Source of the DNA: Clostridia bacterium
GTDB lineage: Bacteria; Bacillota; Clostridia; Christensenellales; UBA1242
Length of the DNA: 45,117 nt
Reading direction: 5' to 3'
Assembly: GCA_900768425.1 (NCBI GenBank)
Contig: CAAGCR010000108.1
Coordinates: 1 to 45,117, forward strand
Both the position numbers and the translations under genes were made by a program. Under the pieces are notes generated by a model, which had not been told where the DNA came from, did no database searches, and saw only the letters and a program-made list of their open reading frames with translations. How positions within the stretch are numbered: position 1 is the first letter of the stretch; the number at the start of each line of letters is the position of its first letter. Of this stretch, positions 18,441 through 29,175 are shown piece after piece.

Positions 18441-19451
18441 ATGGAAAAATATAGCAAAGAAGAATTAAATGATATTGGAATTTTTGAACTTAGATCAATC
18501 GCAAGAAATGTAGGGGTTAAATCTCCAACAACCAAAAGACATAATGATTTGGTTAATGCGATTTTAAGAGTGCAAAACGGAGAAGATAAAGTTTTTTCAA
18601 CCAACAAAGGCAGACCACCTAAAAAAATGTCCTTTGTACCTAGCCTTAGCGAATATGAAAAAAGCGAAGGTCAAACTAGCGAATTTAAATACACAAACGA
18701 ACAAGATGATAATCTGGTTTTTTGTGCAAATGGTGGTGAGAAAGGCATTAATAAAGAGTATGTTCCTTGTGGTGGAATACTAAGAGGTGCTGAAGATGGC
18801 AGATATATTTATAACCATATGGAAGCAATTAAATATATTACTGTCAATAATAACTTCGTTAAAAAATACAATTTGAAAGTTGGTGATTATGTCATCGGCA
18901 AAGCCGTTGAAACAAGTTTTAAAACCGGTTATTTGGTTGATGTTTTAGATGTCAACTTTAAAGACGTAACAAATGAAGATTGTGAAAAGAAAGCCAACGA
19001 AATAAGAGAAATAAATGGAATGCCAAAAGTATATAGCGAGATAAAAAACGATAAGCAACCATTAAAGGTTGTTTTAGAATTAGAGGCAAAAAACTCTGCT
19101 GTTACTAATATGAGAAATGATAGCATATATTTTTATAGTGAAGAATTGGCCAATGTTAAAAAATCATACAACGCAGCACTAGACTCATTGTATTTAGTAA
19201 AAAATCTTTGCAAAGATAACAAACCGTTCACCTTATATTTAGTGGATATAGATTATATCTTTATTACATTAAACTTGCATTTAAGATCTTTAAGCCAAGA
19301 TGGTGACAAAAACTTTGTTGATGCAGGATATTTCTTAAAAACTTTATTTTCTTGTGTTAATAACTCAGAATTTGGCAATATTGTTGTTTATGAGAACAGA
19401 AAATATAAAAGAAATGAATATTTAGATGCAATTTTAAATAAATATTTGTAA
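18441..19451 (+). CDS. Rho N-terminal-domain-like protein (Rho_N plus CSD-like RNA-binding fold) lacking an ATPase domain
   Basis: ELRSIARNVGVKSPTTKRHNDLVNAIL resembles the Rho_N helix bundle. GGILRGAEDG...ITVNNNFVKKYNLKVGDYVIGKAVE...VLDVNF parallels E. coli Rho GVLEILQDGFGFLR...[23 protein letters not shown]...VNEVNF. There is no Walker A or B motif in the remaining 150 aa. Confidence 0.55.
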   Translation: MEKYSKEELNDIGIFELRSIARNVGVKSPTTKRHNDLVNAILRVQNGEDKVFSTNKGRPPKKMSFVPSLSEYEKSEGQTSEFKYTNEQDDNLVFCANGGEKGINKEYVPCGGILRGAEDGRYIYNHMEAIKYITVNNNFVKKYNLKVGDYVIGKAVETSFKTGYLVDVLDVNFKDVTNEDCEKKANEIREINGMPKVYSEIKNDKQPLKVVLELEAKNSAVTNMRNDSIYFYSEELANVKKSYNAALDSLYLVKNLCKDNKPFTLYLVDIDYIFITLNLHLRSLSQDGDKNFVDAGYFLKTLFSCVNNSEFGNIVVYENRKYKRNEYLDAILNKYL

Positions 19452-19531
19452 AATACAAAAAATAAATTGTGTTTTTAATTTGATATAAACACAATTTGTG
19501 ATATATTTGTAATGTTGACTAGGAGGATAAC

Positions 19532-21802
19532 TTGGATAAAAAAGCAAAAAGATTTAATATAACATACATCTTACTATTAATCTTGGTGGTAGTGTTATGT
19601 GTATATTTAGGAACACAAAAAACAGGAGATTTAGGGAAAGAAATTAACTCATCTGAGGCAGTTCAGTTAATTCAAGATAAAAAAATTGCTCAGGTTTGGT
19701 ATCAAGGCACTAATTTTAGAATGCGTTTGGCTGAAAATAGTAGTGTTAAAGATGCAAAAGATTTCCCAGCTAATGCGGACTATCACTTTGTAATCGGTAC
19801 AGAAGCCGAACAAGAAACAATCATAAAATTAATATTAGAAACAAAACTAGATGCACAGGGCACAAAAATTGAACTTACTCACACAGATGTCGTTGATTAT
19901 TGGTCATATATAATTCCAGTGCTTTACATTGGTGCAGGCATACTTTTAATTGTGTTGTTCTATAAAATGATGAACAAATCAAATAATAGTGCAATGACAT
20001 TCGGTAAAAGCAAAGCCAGACAATCTAATAATGTTAAAGTTCGTTTCTCTGATATAGCAGGTGCAGATGAAGAAAAAGAAGAATTAAAAGAAATTGTGGA
20101 ATTTTTAAAAAATCCTCGCAAGTTTACTGCTTTAGGGGCAAGAATACCAAAAGGTGTATTGCTTGTTGGTAATCCGGGAACAGGTAAAACTTTGCTTGCT
20201 AGAGCTGTCGCAGGAGAGAGCAATGTTCCATTCCTTTCAATTTCCGGTTCGGACTTTGTAGAAATGTTTGTTGGTGTTGGTGCAAGTCGTGTTAGAGATT
20301 TGTTTGACCAAGCCAAAAAGAATGCTCCTTGCATTGTATTCATTGATGAAATAGATGCTGTTGGTCGTCAACGTGGTGCAGGCCTTGGCGGTGGAAATGA
20401 TGAAAGAGAACAAACATTAAATCAATTATTGGTTGAAATGGACGGTTTTGAAGCAAACGAAGGCATAATTGTGCTTGCAGCAACTAACCGTAGCGATGTT
20501 TTAGACCCAGCATTAATGCGTCCAGGCAGATTTGATAGACAGATTTATGTTCATGTTCCAGATGTTCGTGGTAGAGAAGGCATACTAAAAATTCATGCAA
20601 GAAACAAACCTATTGATGAAGAAGTTGACTTTAAAACACTAGCAAGAATAACAAGCGGATTTACCGGTGCAGATATTGAAAATATGTTAAACGAAGCGGC
20701 AATATTGGCTGCAAGAAATAATCGTTCTAAAATTTTAATGCAAGATATTACAGAGGGTATAAACAAGGTTATTATGGGTCCTCAGAAAAAGAGTTTGCTT
20801 GTGACCGATAAAGATAAAAAAATTACTGCTTATCACGAAAGTGGGCACGCAATTTTAGGTAAAAAACTTAAAAATTGTGAAGATGTACAAGAAGTTTCAA
20901 TTATTCCTCGCGGTATGGCTGCCGGTTATACAATGAGTCGCCCAGATAGTGATGATAATCATATGACATACGGCAAACTTAACGATGAAATTGCAATGAT
21001 TATGGGCGGTAGAATTGCAGAAGAAGTATTTATGGATGATATTTCAACAGGTGCTTCTAATGATATTCAAAAAGCAACAGACATTGCAAAACGTATGGTT
21101 ACTGAATGGGGTATGAGCAGTAAGTTTGGCTTTATGAATTTAGGGCAAAAAGAAGAAATCTTTGTTGGTAGAGATTATCAAACTAAAAACTCATATAGTG
21201 AAAAAACTGCATCAGAAATTGATGAAGAAATCCATAAAATTTTGCATAACAACTATGTACGTGCTAAAAAGATTATAGAAGAAAATAGAGATGCTTTAAT
21301 TGAAATGGCTGAAATATTGCTTGTTAAAGAAACCATTTATAAAGAAGAAGTTGATTTGATTTTGCAAGGCAAAACCAAAGAAGAAGTTTTGGAATATATG
21401 GACAATAAACAAGCTGCTCAAAATGCTAAAGATGAGGAGCGTAAAAAACAACAAGAAGTTTATAATCAACTTCAAGAACTAGAACAAAAAGTAAAAACTG
21501 CGGAATTCTATTATAAAAATGGTAAAATATCTAAACAAGATTACGATAAACTTCTAGAAGCAAAACAAGATATGGAAGACCAAATTAAAAATCTAAATGC
21601 TCCAAAACAAGAAAAAACAACAGAGCAAGCAGATGAAACAGCAGTAGAAAAATCTGAACAAGAAAAAATGGAAACTCCACAAGAAAGTGCTTCCGAAAAG
21701 CCAAAACGTGGCAGAAAACCAAAAACAGAAAATACAGAAACCAAAGAAGAAAAACCAAAAACAAAAAAGGTAAAAAAGGAGAATAAAGATGAAGAAAATT
21801 AA
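19532..21802 (+). CDS. ftsH: ATP-dependent zinc metalloprotease FtsH with a long K/E-rich C-terminal extension
   Basis: Walker [12 protein letters not shown] region and the HESGHA zinc site. TTG start with an AGGAGG SD. Confidence 0.9.
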   Translation: MDKKAKRFNITYILLLILVVVLCVYLGTQKTGDLGKEINSSEAVQLIQDKKIAQVWYQGTNFRMRLAENSSVKDAKDFPANADYHFVIGTEAEQETIIKLILETKLDAQGTKIELTHTDVVDYWSYIIPVLYIGAGILLIVLFYKMMNKSNNSAMTFGKSKARQSNNVKVRFSDIAGADEEKEELKEIVEFLKNPRKFTALGARIPKGVLLVGNPGTGKTLLARAVAGESNVPFLSISGSDFVEMFVGVGASRVRDLFDQAKKNAPCIVFIDEIDAVGRQRGAGLGGGNDEREQTLNQLLVEMDGFEANEGIIVLAATNRSDVLDPALMRPGRFDRQIYVHVPDVRGREGILKIHARNKPIDEEVDFKTLARITSGFTGADIENMLNEAAILAARNNRSKILMQDITEGINKVIMGPQKKSLLVTDKDKKITAYHESGHAILGKKLKNCEDVQEVSIIPRGMAAGYTMSRPDSDDNHMTYGKLNDEIAMIMGGRIAEEVFMDDISTGASNDIQKATDIAKRMVTEWGMSSKFGFMNLGQKEEIFVGRDYQTKNSYSEKTASEIDEEIHKILHNNYVRAKKIIEENRDALIEMAEILLVKETIYKEEVDLILQGKTKEEVLEYMDNKQAAQNAKDEERKKQQEVYNQLQELEQKVKTAEFYYKNGKISKQDYDKLLEAKQDMEDQIKNLNAPKQEKTTEQADETAVEKSEQEKMETPQESASEKPKRGRKPKTENTETKEEKPKTKKVKKENKDEEN

Positions 21803-22367
21803 TCAAATTATAGCATATACCTTACTAGGTGTTGTTTTGCTAGGTTTGGTATTAACCGCAATTTTAAAAAAGGACTTTTCTCCAAATATAGATTTGTCAA
21901 AAGGTCAAGTGTTTATTGAACAAGCTGGCTCAGGTGCTAAATATGATGGCTTAACATCAAAAGATGAAAAAGTGTACAACGAATTTGTTAAAACATATAA
22001 CAATAGTTTTAAACTAACAGTTCTATACTCAATCTTCTCTGGAAGAATTAGCCGTCAACAAGAAATTGAAAACTATGGTAAAGATGCTCCAACATTCTCT
22101 AATGGTTTTGTTATTACAATAAATTTTGGTGAAGCACAAACATTAAAATCTAACGGCAAAGTTTATTACGAAAGCACAAACTCAGACACTGAAACACTTT
22201 ATAAAAAAGTATTCTTTGTTGTAGAAAATGGCAAAGGTTTAACCACAAAATATATTTATTTCTATTGCGATGCAAACTCAAGATATTACAGACTTACAAC
22301 TCTAGCAAATTATGATGACCTATACAAATTCATAAGCGAAATGGATATGTTCAAAACAGCCGAATAG
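21789..22367 (+). CDS. Signal-anchored protein, unknown function
   Basis: N-terminal TM helix. It overlaps the ftsH 3' end by 14 nt and has an AAGGAG SD. Confidence 0.5.
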   Translation: MKKINQIIAYTLLGVVLLGLVLTAILKKDFSPNIDLSKGQVFIEQAGSGAKYDGLTSKDEKVYNEFVKTYNNSFKLTVLYSIFSGRISRQQEIENYGKDAPTFSNGFVITINFGEAQTLKSNGKVYYESTNSDTETLYKKVFFVVENGKGLTTKYIYFYCDANSRYYRLTTLANYDDLYKFISEMDMFKTAE

Positions 22368-22405
22368 TAAAAATGAATTATATTTAAAATTAAATAAGAT
22401 AAATT

Positions 22406-22444
22406 AAAACCTCCTAACAAATGATTGATTGTTAGGAGGTTTTG
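22406..22444. terminator. Bidirectional terminator between convergent genes
   Basis: ACCTCCTAACA / TGTTAGGAGGT 11-bp stem flanked by A- and T-runs. Confidence 0.7.
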
Positions 22445-22572
22445 TGTATATTTGTAAATATTATATGGGTCTTACAATAATTATTTATTTCACAAAAAAA
22501 TTTAAAAATATTAATTTAATTAATTTTTTCTAATAGCTTAACTATTTAAAATTGTTTTATATATCTCATATT

Positions 22573-23493
22573 TTAATCTAAAAACTCGTGGAGTAGTGAA
22601 TTTGTTGGGAGTAGGGTTGGAGAGAGTTTTTCACATTGTTCTAGCATTTCTATTAATGGTTTTGCTTGTTCGTTGTTATCTTGTTTTAATAGTGGTAAAA
22701 GTTTGTCGGCATACATAAGTGGTTCATAGGCATGGGTTGAGTTTATAAGGTAATCGGCTGTGTTTTTATATGGTTTAATATATATATCTTCACCGGCCAA
22801 AACATTTTTCCACATATGGAAAGTGCGTTCCAAACTTGCTCCGCGGTTTAGTAGGTCACGAATTAATCTACGCATTAATCTTACTTTTTGTGCCGGCATA
22901 ATAATTTTGTCGTTTAGTTCGTAATTTGTATTTACGCAAATATAAATTCTGTACATTGCATCGTTGTGTTTTTTAAACATTATTGGGTTAAGTGCGTGTA
23001 TACCTTCCATAATTACAATGGTGTTAGGGTTTAGTTTTATGTGTTTATATTCTTCTTCGCGTCTACCGGTTTTAAAGTTGTATTCAGGCATTAAGGCTTC
23101 ACCTTTTTCAAACATATCATCAACAAATTTGTTGATATAGTCTAAGTCTAGTGCTGTTATGTTTTCATAATCATATTCGCCATTAGGAAGTTTTGGACGG
23201 TCGTTTAAGTCCAAATAAAAGTCATCTAATGATACGACCAAAGACTCATAGCCTTGCTCAGAAAGTGCCTTGCAAATTAAATTGCTAGTGGTAGTTTTGC
23301 CAGATGATGATGGACCGGCAAGCAAAATAAATTTAAAACAATTTTTTGTTACTATTTCATTTACAATGTCGTTTATTTGTTTATGATATAATTCTTCGCT
23401 ATCTTCAATTAATTTTTGTGGATCGGTAACGGCAAGTTCGTTAATTTTGCCTAAATCAAATATTTCTTTTTTATAATCGTGTAAAATGTTCAT
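22573..23493 (-). CDS. Uridine kinase/phosphoribulokinase-family P-loop nucleoside kinase
   Basis: Walker A GPSSSGKTT and the family C-terminal signature W..V..GE..YI.P....AD..INS..YE. The internal ATG at 23493 with an AAGGA SD is preferred over the track start at 23544. Confidence 0.7.
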   Translation of the reverse strand: MNILHDYKKEIFDLGKINELAVTDPQKLIEDSEELYHKQINDIVNEIVTKNCFKFILLAGPSSSGKTTTSNLICKALSEQGYESLVVSLDDFYLDLNDRPKLPNGEYDYENITALDLDYINKFVDDMFEKGEALMPEYNFKTGRREEEYKHIKLNPNTIVIMEGIHALNPIMFKKHNDAMYRIYICVNTNYELNDKIIMPAQKVRLMRRLIRDLLNRGASLERTFHMWKNVLAGEDIYIKPYKNTADYLINSTHAYEPLMYADKLLPLLKQDNNEQAKPLIEMLEQCEKLSPTLLPTNSLLHEFLD

Positions 23494-23806
23494 TAAGTGG
23501 TATCCTTTTAAGTTTAATAATAGTGTCTTTTTGCATTTTATCATAAATTATCAAATATTACAACAACTATTTAAAATTGATGTAAAAAGTGAACAAAATG
23601 ACAAAATTTTGAGTTAAATTTATTTTTCTAGCGGAATTTTAAAGTAATTTTTCTAGATTATGTTCACAATTAATTATCCACGTATTTTGCTTGCCACACA
23701 AGCAATTTTTTGTCATAAATTTTCTTTAATTATTTTAAAACACTTTTCGCTATTATTTTTGGTATTAAAGTCAAAAAGTTTGCATTTTGTATTATAAGGG
23801 GTATTT

Positions 23807-25252
23807 ATGAAACTAAAAAAGTTGTTAAAGGGTATTAAAGTATTAAATGCAAGGCAAGTAAAAAATGTTACTATTGATAATATTTCAAACAAGACCACCG
23901 ATATTTTAACTAATGGGTTATATGTATGTTTAAAGGGCGAGAATGTTGATGGGCATAATTTAAAGCAAGAAGCACAAAGATGTGGTGCAGTTGCTTTTGT
24001 CGTTGAAGAGTATGACTATGATTTTAGTGGACTTCAAATTTTAGTGGAGGACACAAGAGCGGTATTATCAAAATTGGCAAGAAATTTTTATGGTGAAATA
24101 CCAAAAGTTATTGGCATAACCGGAACAAACGGAAAAACGACCACAACAAACATTGTATACCATATTTTAAAAGAATCCGGCAAAAAGGTTGGACTTATTG
24201 GTACAGAAGGAATCTTTTATAACGACCAAAAAATAACTTTACATATGACAACACCTGACCCGTTAGAGCTTTATAAATATTTGGCAGATATGAAAAATAG
24301 CGGTTGTGAATATGCTGTGATGGAAGTTTCGGCTCATGCAATTTTTTATAAAAAAGTCAATGCCATAAACTTTTGCATTAAAGCATTGACCAACATTACC
24401 GAAGATCATTTAGATTTTTTTAAAACACTATCTAATTATCAAAAAACAAAAATGGGGTTTATGGTTAAAGATAAATGTATAAAAATTGTAAACACCGATG
24501 ATAAATACGGGGTAAGTCTTGCGTGCAAAAACAAAAATTGTTTTACATATTCAACAAACTTGCCCGCAGATGCAAGGGCAGAAAACATAACTTGTGGCGG
24601 TAAAAGGTTTAATTTAATTTTAAACGGCAAAAATCTATCAGTGGAAAGCAATTTACTTGGAGAGTATAATGTTCAAAATATGCTTTGCGGTGCATTAATT
24701 TGTAGTAGACTCGGCATAACAAATAGTCAAATTTTATCGGCAATTAAAACCTTTACTCCTGTTGATGGCAGATTAAATGAGTATAAAATTGGCAATAAAA
24801 ATATTGTAATAGATTTTGCTCATACTCCCGATGCTTTAAAAAATGTGCTAGTAACTTTAAGAAAAATTACACAAAACAAATTGTATTGTCTTTTCGGGTG
24901 CGGAGGTAACAGAGAAACCGAAAAAAGAAGCATAATGGGACAAATTGCAGGAGAGTTCAGCGATTTTGTCTATGTCACATCAGATAACCCACGTTTTGAA
25001 GAACCGGACTTTATTGCTAACCAAATTACATCGGGAATAAAATCTAAAAATTACAAAGTGATATTAGATAGAAAAACCGCCATATATGATGCTATAAACA
25101 CAATGCAAGATGGCGACATTTTAGCAATATGTGGTAAAGGTGCTGAAAACTATCTGGAAATCAAAGGTGTTAAATATCCATACAGTGACAAAGAAGTAGT
25201 TGAGCAGTGTGGTGGGAAAAAGGTGGGGAAAACGATGAATAGTGAAGAATGA
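23807..25252 (+). CDS. murE: UDP-N-acetylmuramoyl-L-alanyl-D-glutamate--2,6-diaminopimelate ligase
   Basis: GITGTNGKTTT P-loop and the DNPR motif (meso-DAP type), in a dcw-cluster context. The last codons and the TGA stop lie in the purine-word repeat. Confidence 0.9.
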   Translation: MKLKKLLKGIKVLNARQVKNVTIDNISNKTTDILTNGLYVCLKGENVDGHNLKQEAQRCGAVAFVVEEYDYDFSGLQILVEDTRAVLSKLARNFYGEIPKVIGITGTNGKTTTTNIVYHILKESGKKVGLIGTEGIFYNDQKITLHMTTPDPLELYKYLADMKNSGCEYAVMEVSAHAIFYKKVNAINFCIKALTNITEDHLDFFKTLSNYQKTKMGFMVKDKCIKIVNTDDKYGVSLACKNKNCFTYSTNLPADARAENITCGGKRFNLILNGKNLSVESNLLGEYNVQNMLCGALICSRLGITNSQILSAIKTFTPVDGRLNEYKIGNKNIVIDFAHTPDALKNVLVTLRKITQNKLYCLFGCGGNRETEKRSIMGQIAGEFSDFVYVTSDNPRFEEPDFIANQITSGIKSKNYKVILDRKTAIYDAINTMQDGDILAICGKGAENYLEIKGVKYPYSDKEVVEQCGGKKVGKTMNSEE

Positions 25253-25627
25253 AGATTGATGAATAGAGAATAATGAACAATGACTTATGACAGAAGAATT
25301 ATGACTGATGAATGAATAATGAAGACTGACAACTGATGAATTATTGTCAAATTATAAATATTAGAGTTATCACTAACTTTTGCATTATTCTTTTAGTTTG
25401 AGTCACTACAAGCCTTTACCCCCCCCCTTAGCAGGAGAGCAAAAACTTAGGTATTAAATTCACTATTATGAATAAAACATTAATTTTTCAGTCATCAGTA
25501 TTCATTTATCATTTGTTGCTTTAACAACACAACATTAATTCATCAGTTAGCATTCTTCATTTGTTGCATTAGCAACATAACATCAATCATCATTCATCAT
25601 TAAATAAAATCATTTTAAAGGGTTATT
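25253..25627 (+). repeat. Mosaic intergenic repeat, copy B
   Basis: Purine-word arm (TGATGAAT-type) 25233-25344, TTGTCA core 25345-25420, and two inverted arm modules 25488-25600. The core is about 75% identical to 32783-32868. The inverted arm modules match 7018-7066 at about 85%. Confidence 0.75.
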
Positions 25628-26605
25628 ATGTTGAAGTATATAATTGTGTTTTTAATTACTTTTGCAGTGGCAATGATTTTTGCTCCGCTGGTTTTTTTAT
25701 TGGTTAAAAAAATTGGGGCAAAACAGACTATACTTCATTATGTAAAAGAACACGAAGGCAAGCAGGGTACACCTACTATGGGTGGAATAATGTTTATTTT
25801 ACCTGCAATAGTTATTCCGCTTGTGTTTTTTAGCAATGATTACACATATGCAATAATCTCTCTTGCGGTATTCTTTGCTTATGCAGTTTTGGGATTTTTA
25901 GATGATTTTATTAAAGTTCATTATAAACAAAATTTAGGGCTTAGGGCTTATCAAAAAATTATAGGGCAGTTGGGCATTGCTTTGGTGCTAGCAATTTTTG
26001 TATATAACTCTATTGGTGGTGAAATATTAATTCCGTTTACCGGCAAAACAATAGATTTAGGCTTTTGGATAATTCCTTTTGTTGTGTTCATATTTTTGGC
26101 AACTGTCAACAGTGTCAATTTGATTGATGGTTTAGATGGTTTATGCTCATCTTGTTCAATAAATTACGTGTTTTTCTTTTCTGTAATTTTACTTTTAAGC
26201 CTGCCACAGTTTAACCCCGCACTTAAAGGCGAAATTGAAAATATTGTTTTATGTAATTATTCTCTTTTGGGGGCTTTGTTTGCGTTTTTGTTTTTCAATA
26301 GTTTTCCGGCAAAAATCTTTATGGGGGATACAGGTTCGCTTGCTCTTGGTGGATACATTGCAAGTGTGAGCATACTAACTAAAAACGAACTTTTAATTCC
26401 ACTTTTAGGATTTGTCTTTGTTATCACAGCTCTCAGCGACATTATTCAAGTTTTACATTTTAAACGCACTAAAAAAAGAATATTTAAAATGGCACCATTG
26501 CATCATCATTTCCAAATGAGCGGTAATCACGAAAACAAAGTGACTTTTGGATATTTTATGGTTAGTTTTATTCTAAATTTAATTATTTGTGCATTTTATA
26601 TGTAA
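25628..26605 (+). CDS. mraY: Phospho-N-acetylmuramoyl-pentapeptide transferase
   Basis: Polytopic protein with the GTPTMGG, NLIDGLDGL and MGDTGSLALGG motifs. Confidence 0.9.
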   Translation: MLKYIIVFLITFAVAMIFAPLVFLLVKKIGAKQTILHYVKEHEGKQGTPTMGGIMFILPAIVIPLVFFSNDYTYAIISLAVFFAYAVLGFLDDFIKVHYKQNLGLRAYQKIIGQLGIALVLAIFVYNSIGGEILIPFTGKTIDLGFWIIPFVVFIFLATVNSVNLIDGLDGLCSSCSINYVFFFSVILLLSLPQFNPALKGEIENIVLCNYSLLGALFAFLFFNSFPAKIFMGDTGSLALGGYIASVSILTKNELLIPLLGFVFVITALSDIIQVLHFKRTKKRIFKMAPLHHHFQMSGNHENKVTFGYFMVSFILNLIICAFYM

Positions 26606-26618
26606 AAGGAATAATTAT

Positions 26619-27845
26619 ATGGATATTATAAATAAAAAATTCTTAATTTACGGCGCGGGCGTGAGTGGTATATCGGCATACAAATTTTTAAGTCAAAAGG
26701 GTGCTAATTGTTTTATGTATGCCGATAAAAAGCCCGACAATTTAGATATAAATAATTACATAGACAACTTTAACAAAGCCCTAGAATTAAAACCAGAATA
26801 TGTTGTTTTAAGTCCGGGTATAAATATTATCGGAAACAAAAACATAGTCAAATTAAAGAAAATCGGTGCATTAATTTTAAGCGAGTTAGAACTCGGATAT
26901 TTGTTTTGCAAAGGTAAGTTTATTGCCGTTACGGGAACAAATGGCAAAACAACTTGCGTGTCACTATTAAACCATATTTTAAGCACAAAGTATAAGACTT
27001 TTTTGTGTGGAAATATTGGTTTGCCGGTTACAAGCATTGCTGAGCAAACCGATGAAAATAGCATTGTCGTTTGCGAAGTTTCTAGTTTTATGCTAGAAAC
27101 AGTTTCGCCAAATTTTAAGCCAGATATTTCTGTAATTTTAAACATTACTCCTGACCATATTTCACGACATAAAACTTTTGATAATTATTATAATATTAAA
27201 TGTGAAATTACAAATTATCAAAATAATAATGATTATTTATTAATTCCGGAACAATTAAAAAATATACAAACAAATGCAAAAAAAATTATAATAAATTATA
27301 AAAAATATAAAAGTAATTTAATTGGTGATTTTAATAACTTAAATATTGCATTTTGTGACAAAATTTGTGAAATATTAAATATTAATAAAAAACAATTTAA
27401 GTTAGCATTAAAGACATTTGCTCCTGTGCCATTTAGACTTGAATATTTGGGTAAAAAGAGAGGAATAACTTACATAAATGATAGCAAATCAACTAATCCA
27501 GATTCTTGCATACAAGCATTAAAAGCAATGAAGAAACCGGTTGTAGTACTACTAGGCGGAAGTGATAAAGGTAATAATTTTAATGATATTTTTAAGTTAA
27601 AAAATAAAATAAAATTAGCAATTATTTACGGACAAACCGCCGATATATTAGAGAGTGATGCAAATTTTTGTGGGTTTAATAAAATAGAAAAATTTGATAC
27701 ATTAAAGCAAGCATTAACACATCTAAGCAGTTTTGTAAAACGCGGAGATATTGTGTTATTTTCACCCGCTTGTGCCAGTTATGATGAATTTAAAAACTAT
27801 GTTGAACGCGGTGAGTTCTTTAATAAATTTTTTGAAGAAAAGTAA
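26619..27845 (+). CDS. murD: UDP-N-acetylmuramoylalanine--D-glutamate ligase
   Basis: N-terminal GAGVSGIS Rossmann fold and the GTNGKTT P-loop. The ATG at 26619 is preferred over the track start at 26589. Confidence 0.88.
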   Translation: MDIINKKFLIYGAGVSGISAYKFLSQKGANCFMYADKKPDNLDINNYIDNFNKALELKPEYVVLSPGINIIGNKNIVKLKKIGALILSELELGYLFCKGKFIAVTGTNGKTTCVSLLNHILSTKYKTFLCGNIGLPVTSIAEQTDENSIVVCEVSSFMLETVSPNFKPDISVILNITPDHISRHKTFDNYYNIKCEITNYQNNNDYLLIPEQLKNIQTNAKKIIINYKKYKSNLIGDFNNLNIAFCDKICEILNINKKQFKLALKTFAPVPFRLEYLGKKRGITYINDSKSTNPDSCIQALKAMKKPVVVLLGGSDKGNNFNDIFKLKNKIKLAIIYGQTADILESDANFCGFNKIEKFDTLKQALTHLSSFVKRGDIVLFSPACASYDEFKNYVERGEFFNKFFEEK

Positions 27846-27976
27846 GACTAATTTTCACAAAAGAAATATAAATTTATTGAGTAATTAAAGTAAAAAATAT
27901 ATGTTGGTGTAAAGATTTCAGGTGTGCTTTAATTTTTGATAATAAAATTATAAAATTAAAAAAGGAGATTAGTGTT

Positions 27977-29113
27977 TTGCAAAAAAAGAGTTTAAAAAAC
28001 TTGTTTATTGTTTCAAAAAACAAAAAACCGGATATGCTTAGCGTTACTGTAGTTTGTTTGACTCTTTTTTTGTGCCTTGTTGGTTGTGTTATGGTATATA
28101 GTGCAAGCAGTTATTCAGCACTAAAAAACTATCATAATCAGTATCATTTTTTAATTAAACAAATTGTCGGTGTTATTGTCGGATTTGGTGGGCTTGCGTT
28201 TTTTTACTTTTTTGATAGTGACATATTAAAAAAATTAAAATGGCTGTTTTGGAGTGTGGCTGTAATTGGCCTTGTGCTTGTGTTTGTTCCGGGAATTGGT
28301 GCAAGCAATTATGGGGCAACTCGTTGGATAAGAATCGCAGGCGTGTCTTTTCAGCCGAGTGAACTTGCTAAGTTTGCCTTAGTGCTTTTTTGTGCTAGTT
28401 ATTTAAGCGATAATTTTAAAAAAGTCAAAAGTTTTAAAAGTTTGCTTTTGCCTATGCTAGTAGGCGGTGCATTGTGTTTGCTTGTAATTTTAGAGCCAAA
28501 TATGAGCGTTACTATGTGTTTAGGTTTAACACTTATTGCAATGCTTATCATAGGTGGTATATCAAAAAAACATTTTATGACATTATCCGTTCCGGCAATG
28601 GCTCTTGTTCCTGTGCTTATTATCATCGAGCCATATAGAATGAAAAGATTAATGGCATTTATTGACCCTTGGGCAAATCCGAAAGGTGAGGGCTTTCAAG
28701 TAATACAGTCTTTATATGCACTCGGCAATGGTGGACTCTTTGGGGTTGGACTTTTTAATAGTCGTCAAAAATATCTATTTTTGCCTTTTAGTGAATCAGA
28801 TTTTATATTTTCCATTATAGGTGAAGAATTAGGACTCTTTGGTGCGATAGTAATAATTCTTGCATATGTTGCTTTGGTTGTATGCTTAATAAAAATAGCA
28901 CTAAACGCAAAAAGTCGTTTTGGTGCTTTATTAACCGCGGGTATAGGTTGCCTAATAGCCATACAACTAGCAATAAACATAGCCGTTGTAACTTGCTCAA
29001 TTCCACCAACAGGAATACCACTGCCATTTATCTCAGCCGGCAGTTCCGCCCTAGTAATATTTTTAAGTATGATAGGTGTTACCCTAAATGTTAGAAAAAA
29101 GAGTTTAATGTAG
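27977..29113 (+). CDS. ftsW: SEDS-family peptidoglycan glycosyltransferase FtsW/SpoVE
   Basis: Ten-helix SEDS pattern (RWI..G..FQPSE, SESDFIF, GLPLPFISAGGSS-like) following murD. Confidence 0.85.
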   Translation: MQKKSLKNLFIVSKNKKPDMLSVTVVCLTLFLCLVGCVMVYSASSYSALKNYHNQYHFLIKQIVGVIVGFGGLAFFYFFDSDILKKLKWLFWSVAVIGLVLVFVPGIGASNYGATRWIRIAGVSFQPSELAKFALVLFCASYLSDNFKKVKSFKSLLLPMLVGGALCLLVILEPNMSVTMCLGLTLIAMLIIGGISKKHFMTLSVPAMALVPVLIIIEPYRMKRLMAFIDPWANPKGEGFQVIQSLYALGNGGLFGVGLFNSRQKYLFLPFSESDFIFSIIGEELGLFGAIVIILAYVALVVCLIKIALNAKSRFGALLTAGIGCLIAIQLAINIAVVTCSIPPTGIPLPFISAGSSALVIFLSMIGVTLNVRKKSLM

Positions 29114-29175
29114 TATTGGTGTTTTTGTTGATTTGAAAATGTTATTTGTAATATAATTAGCACAAGGAGTAAAAT

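Noticed and set aside
19960-20343. Long antisense ORFs in the track (also 13652-14008, 26756-27145, 28765-29163, 38941-39330, 43302-43712 and others)
   Set aside because: Each lies opposite a confidently identified gene (ftsH, ricT, murD, ftsW, holin, tsf) and has no SD and a low-complexity composition. They are shadow ORFs.
25250-25252. TGA reassignment (genetic code 4), because TGA stops are rare (only murE and the 87-aa ORF)
   Set aside because: All long ORFs are intact under code 11 and Trp is encoded by TGG throughout. Read-through would add only 6-7 residues. Rare TGA use fits the AT-rich codon bias.
25300-25344. Five-codon mini-ORFs (for example ATG AAG AAT GAG AAC TGA) inside the arm modules, read as leader peptides
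   Set aside because: No SD precedes any of them. They are an expected by-product of ATGA/TGATGA-rich words.
25253-25627. Missing murF between murE and mraY
   Set aside because: The Bacillus-type dcw order is murE-mraY-murD-spoVE with murF elsewhere, so the absence of murF is not anomalous. Only the repeat insertion is.
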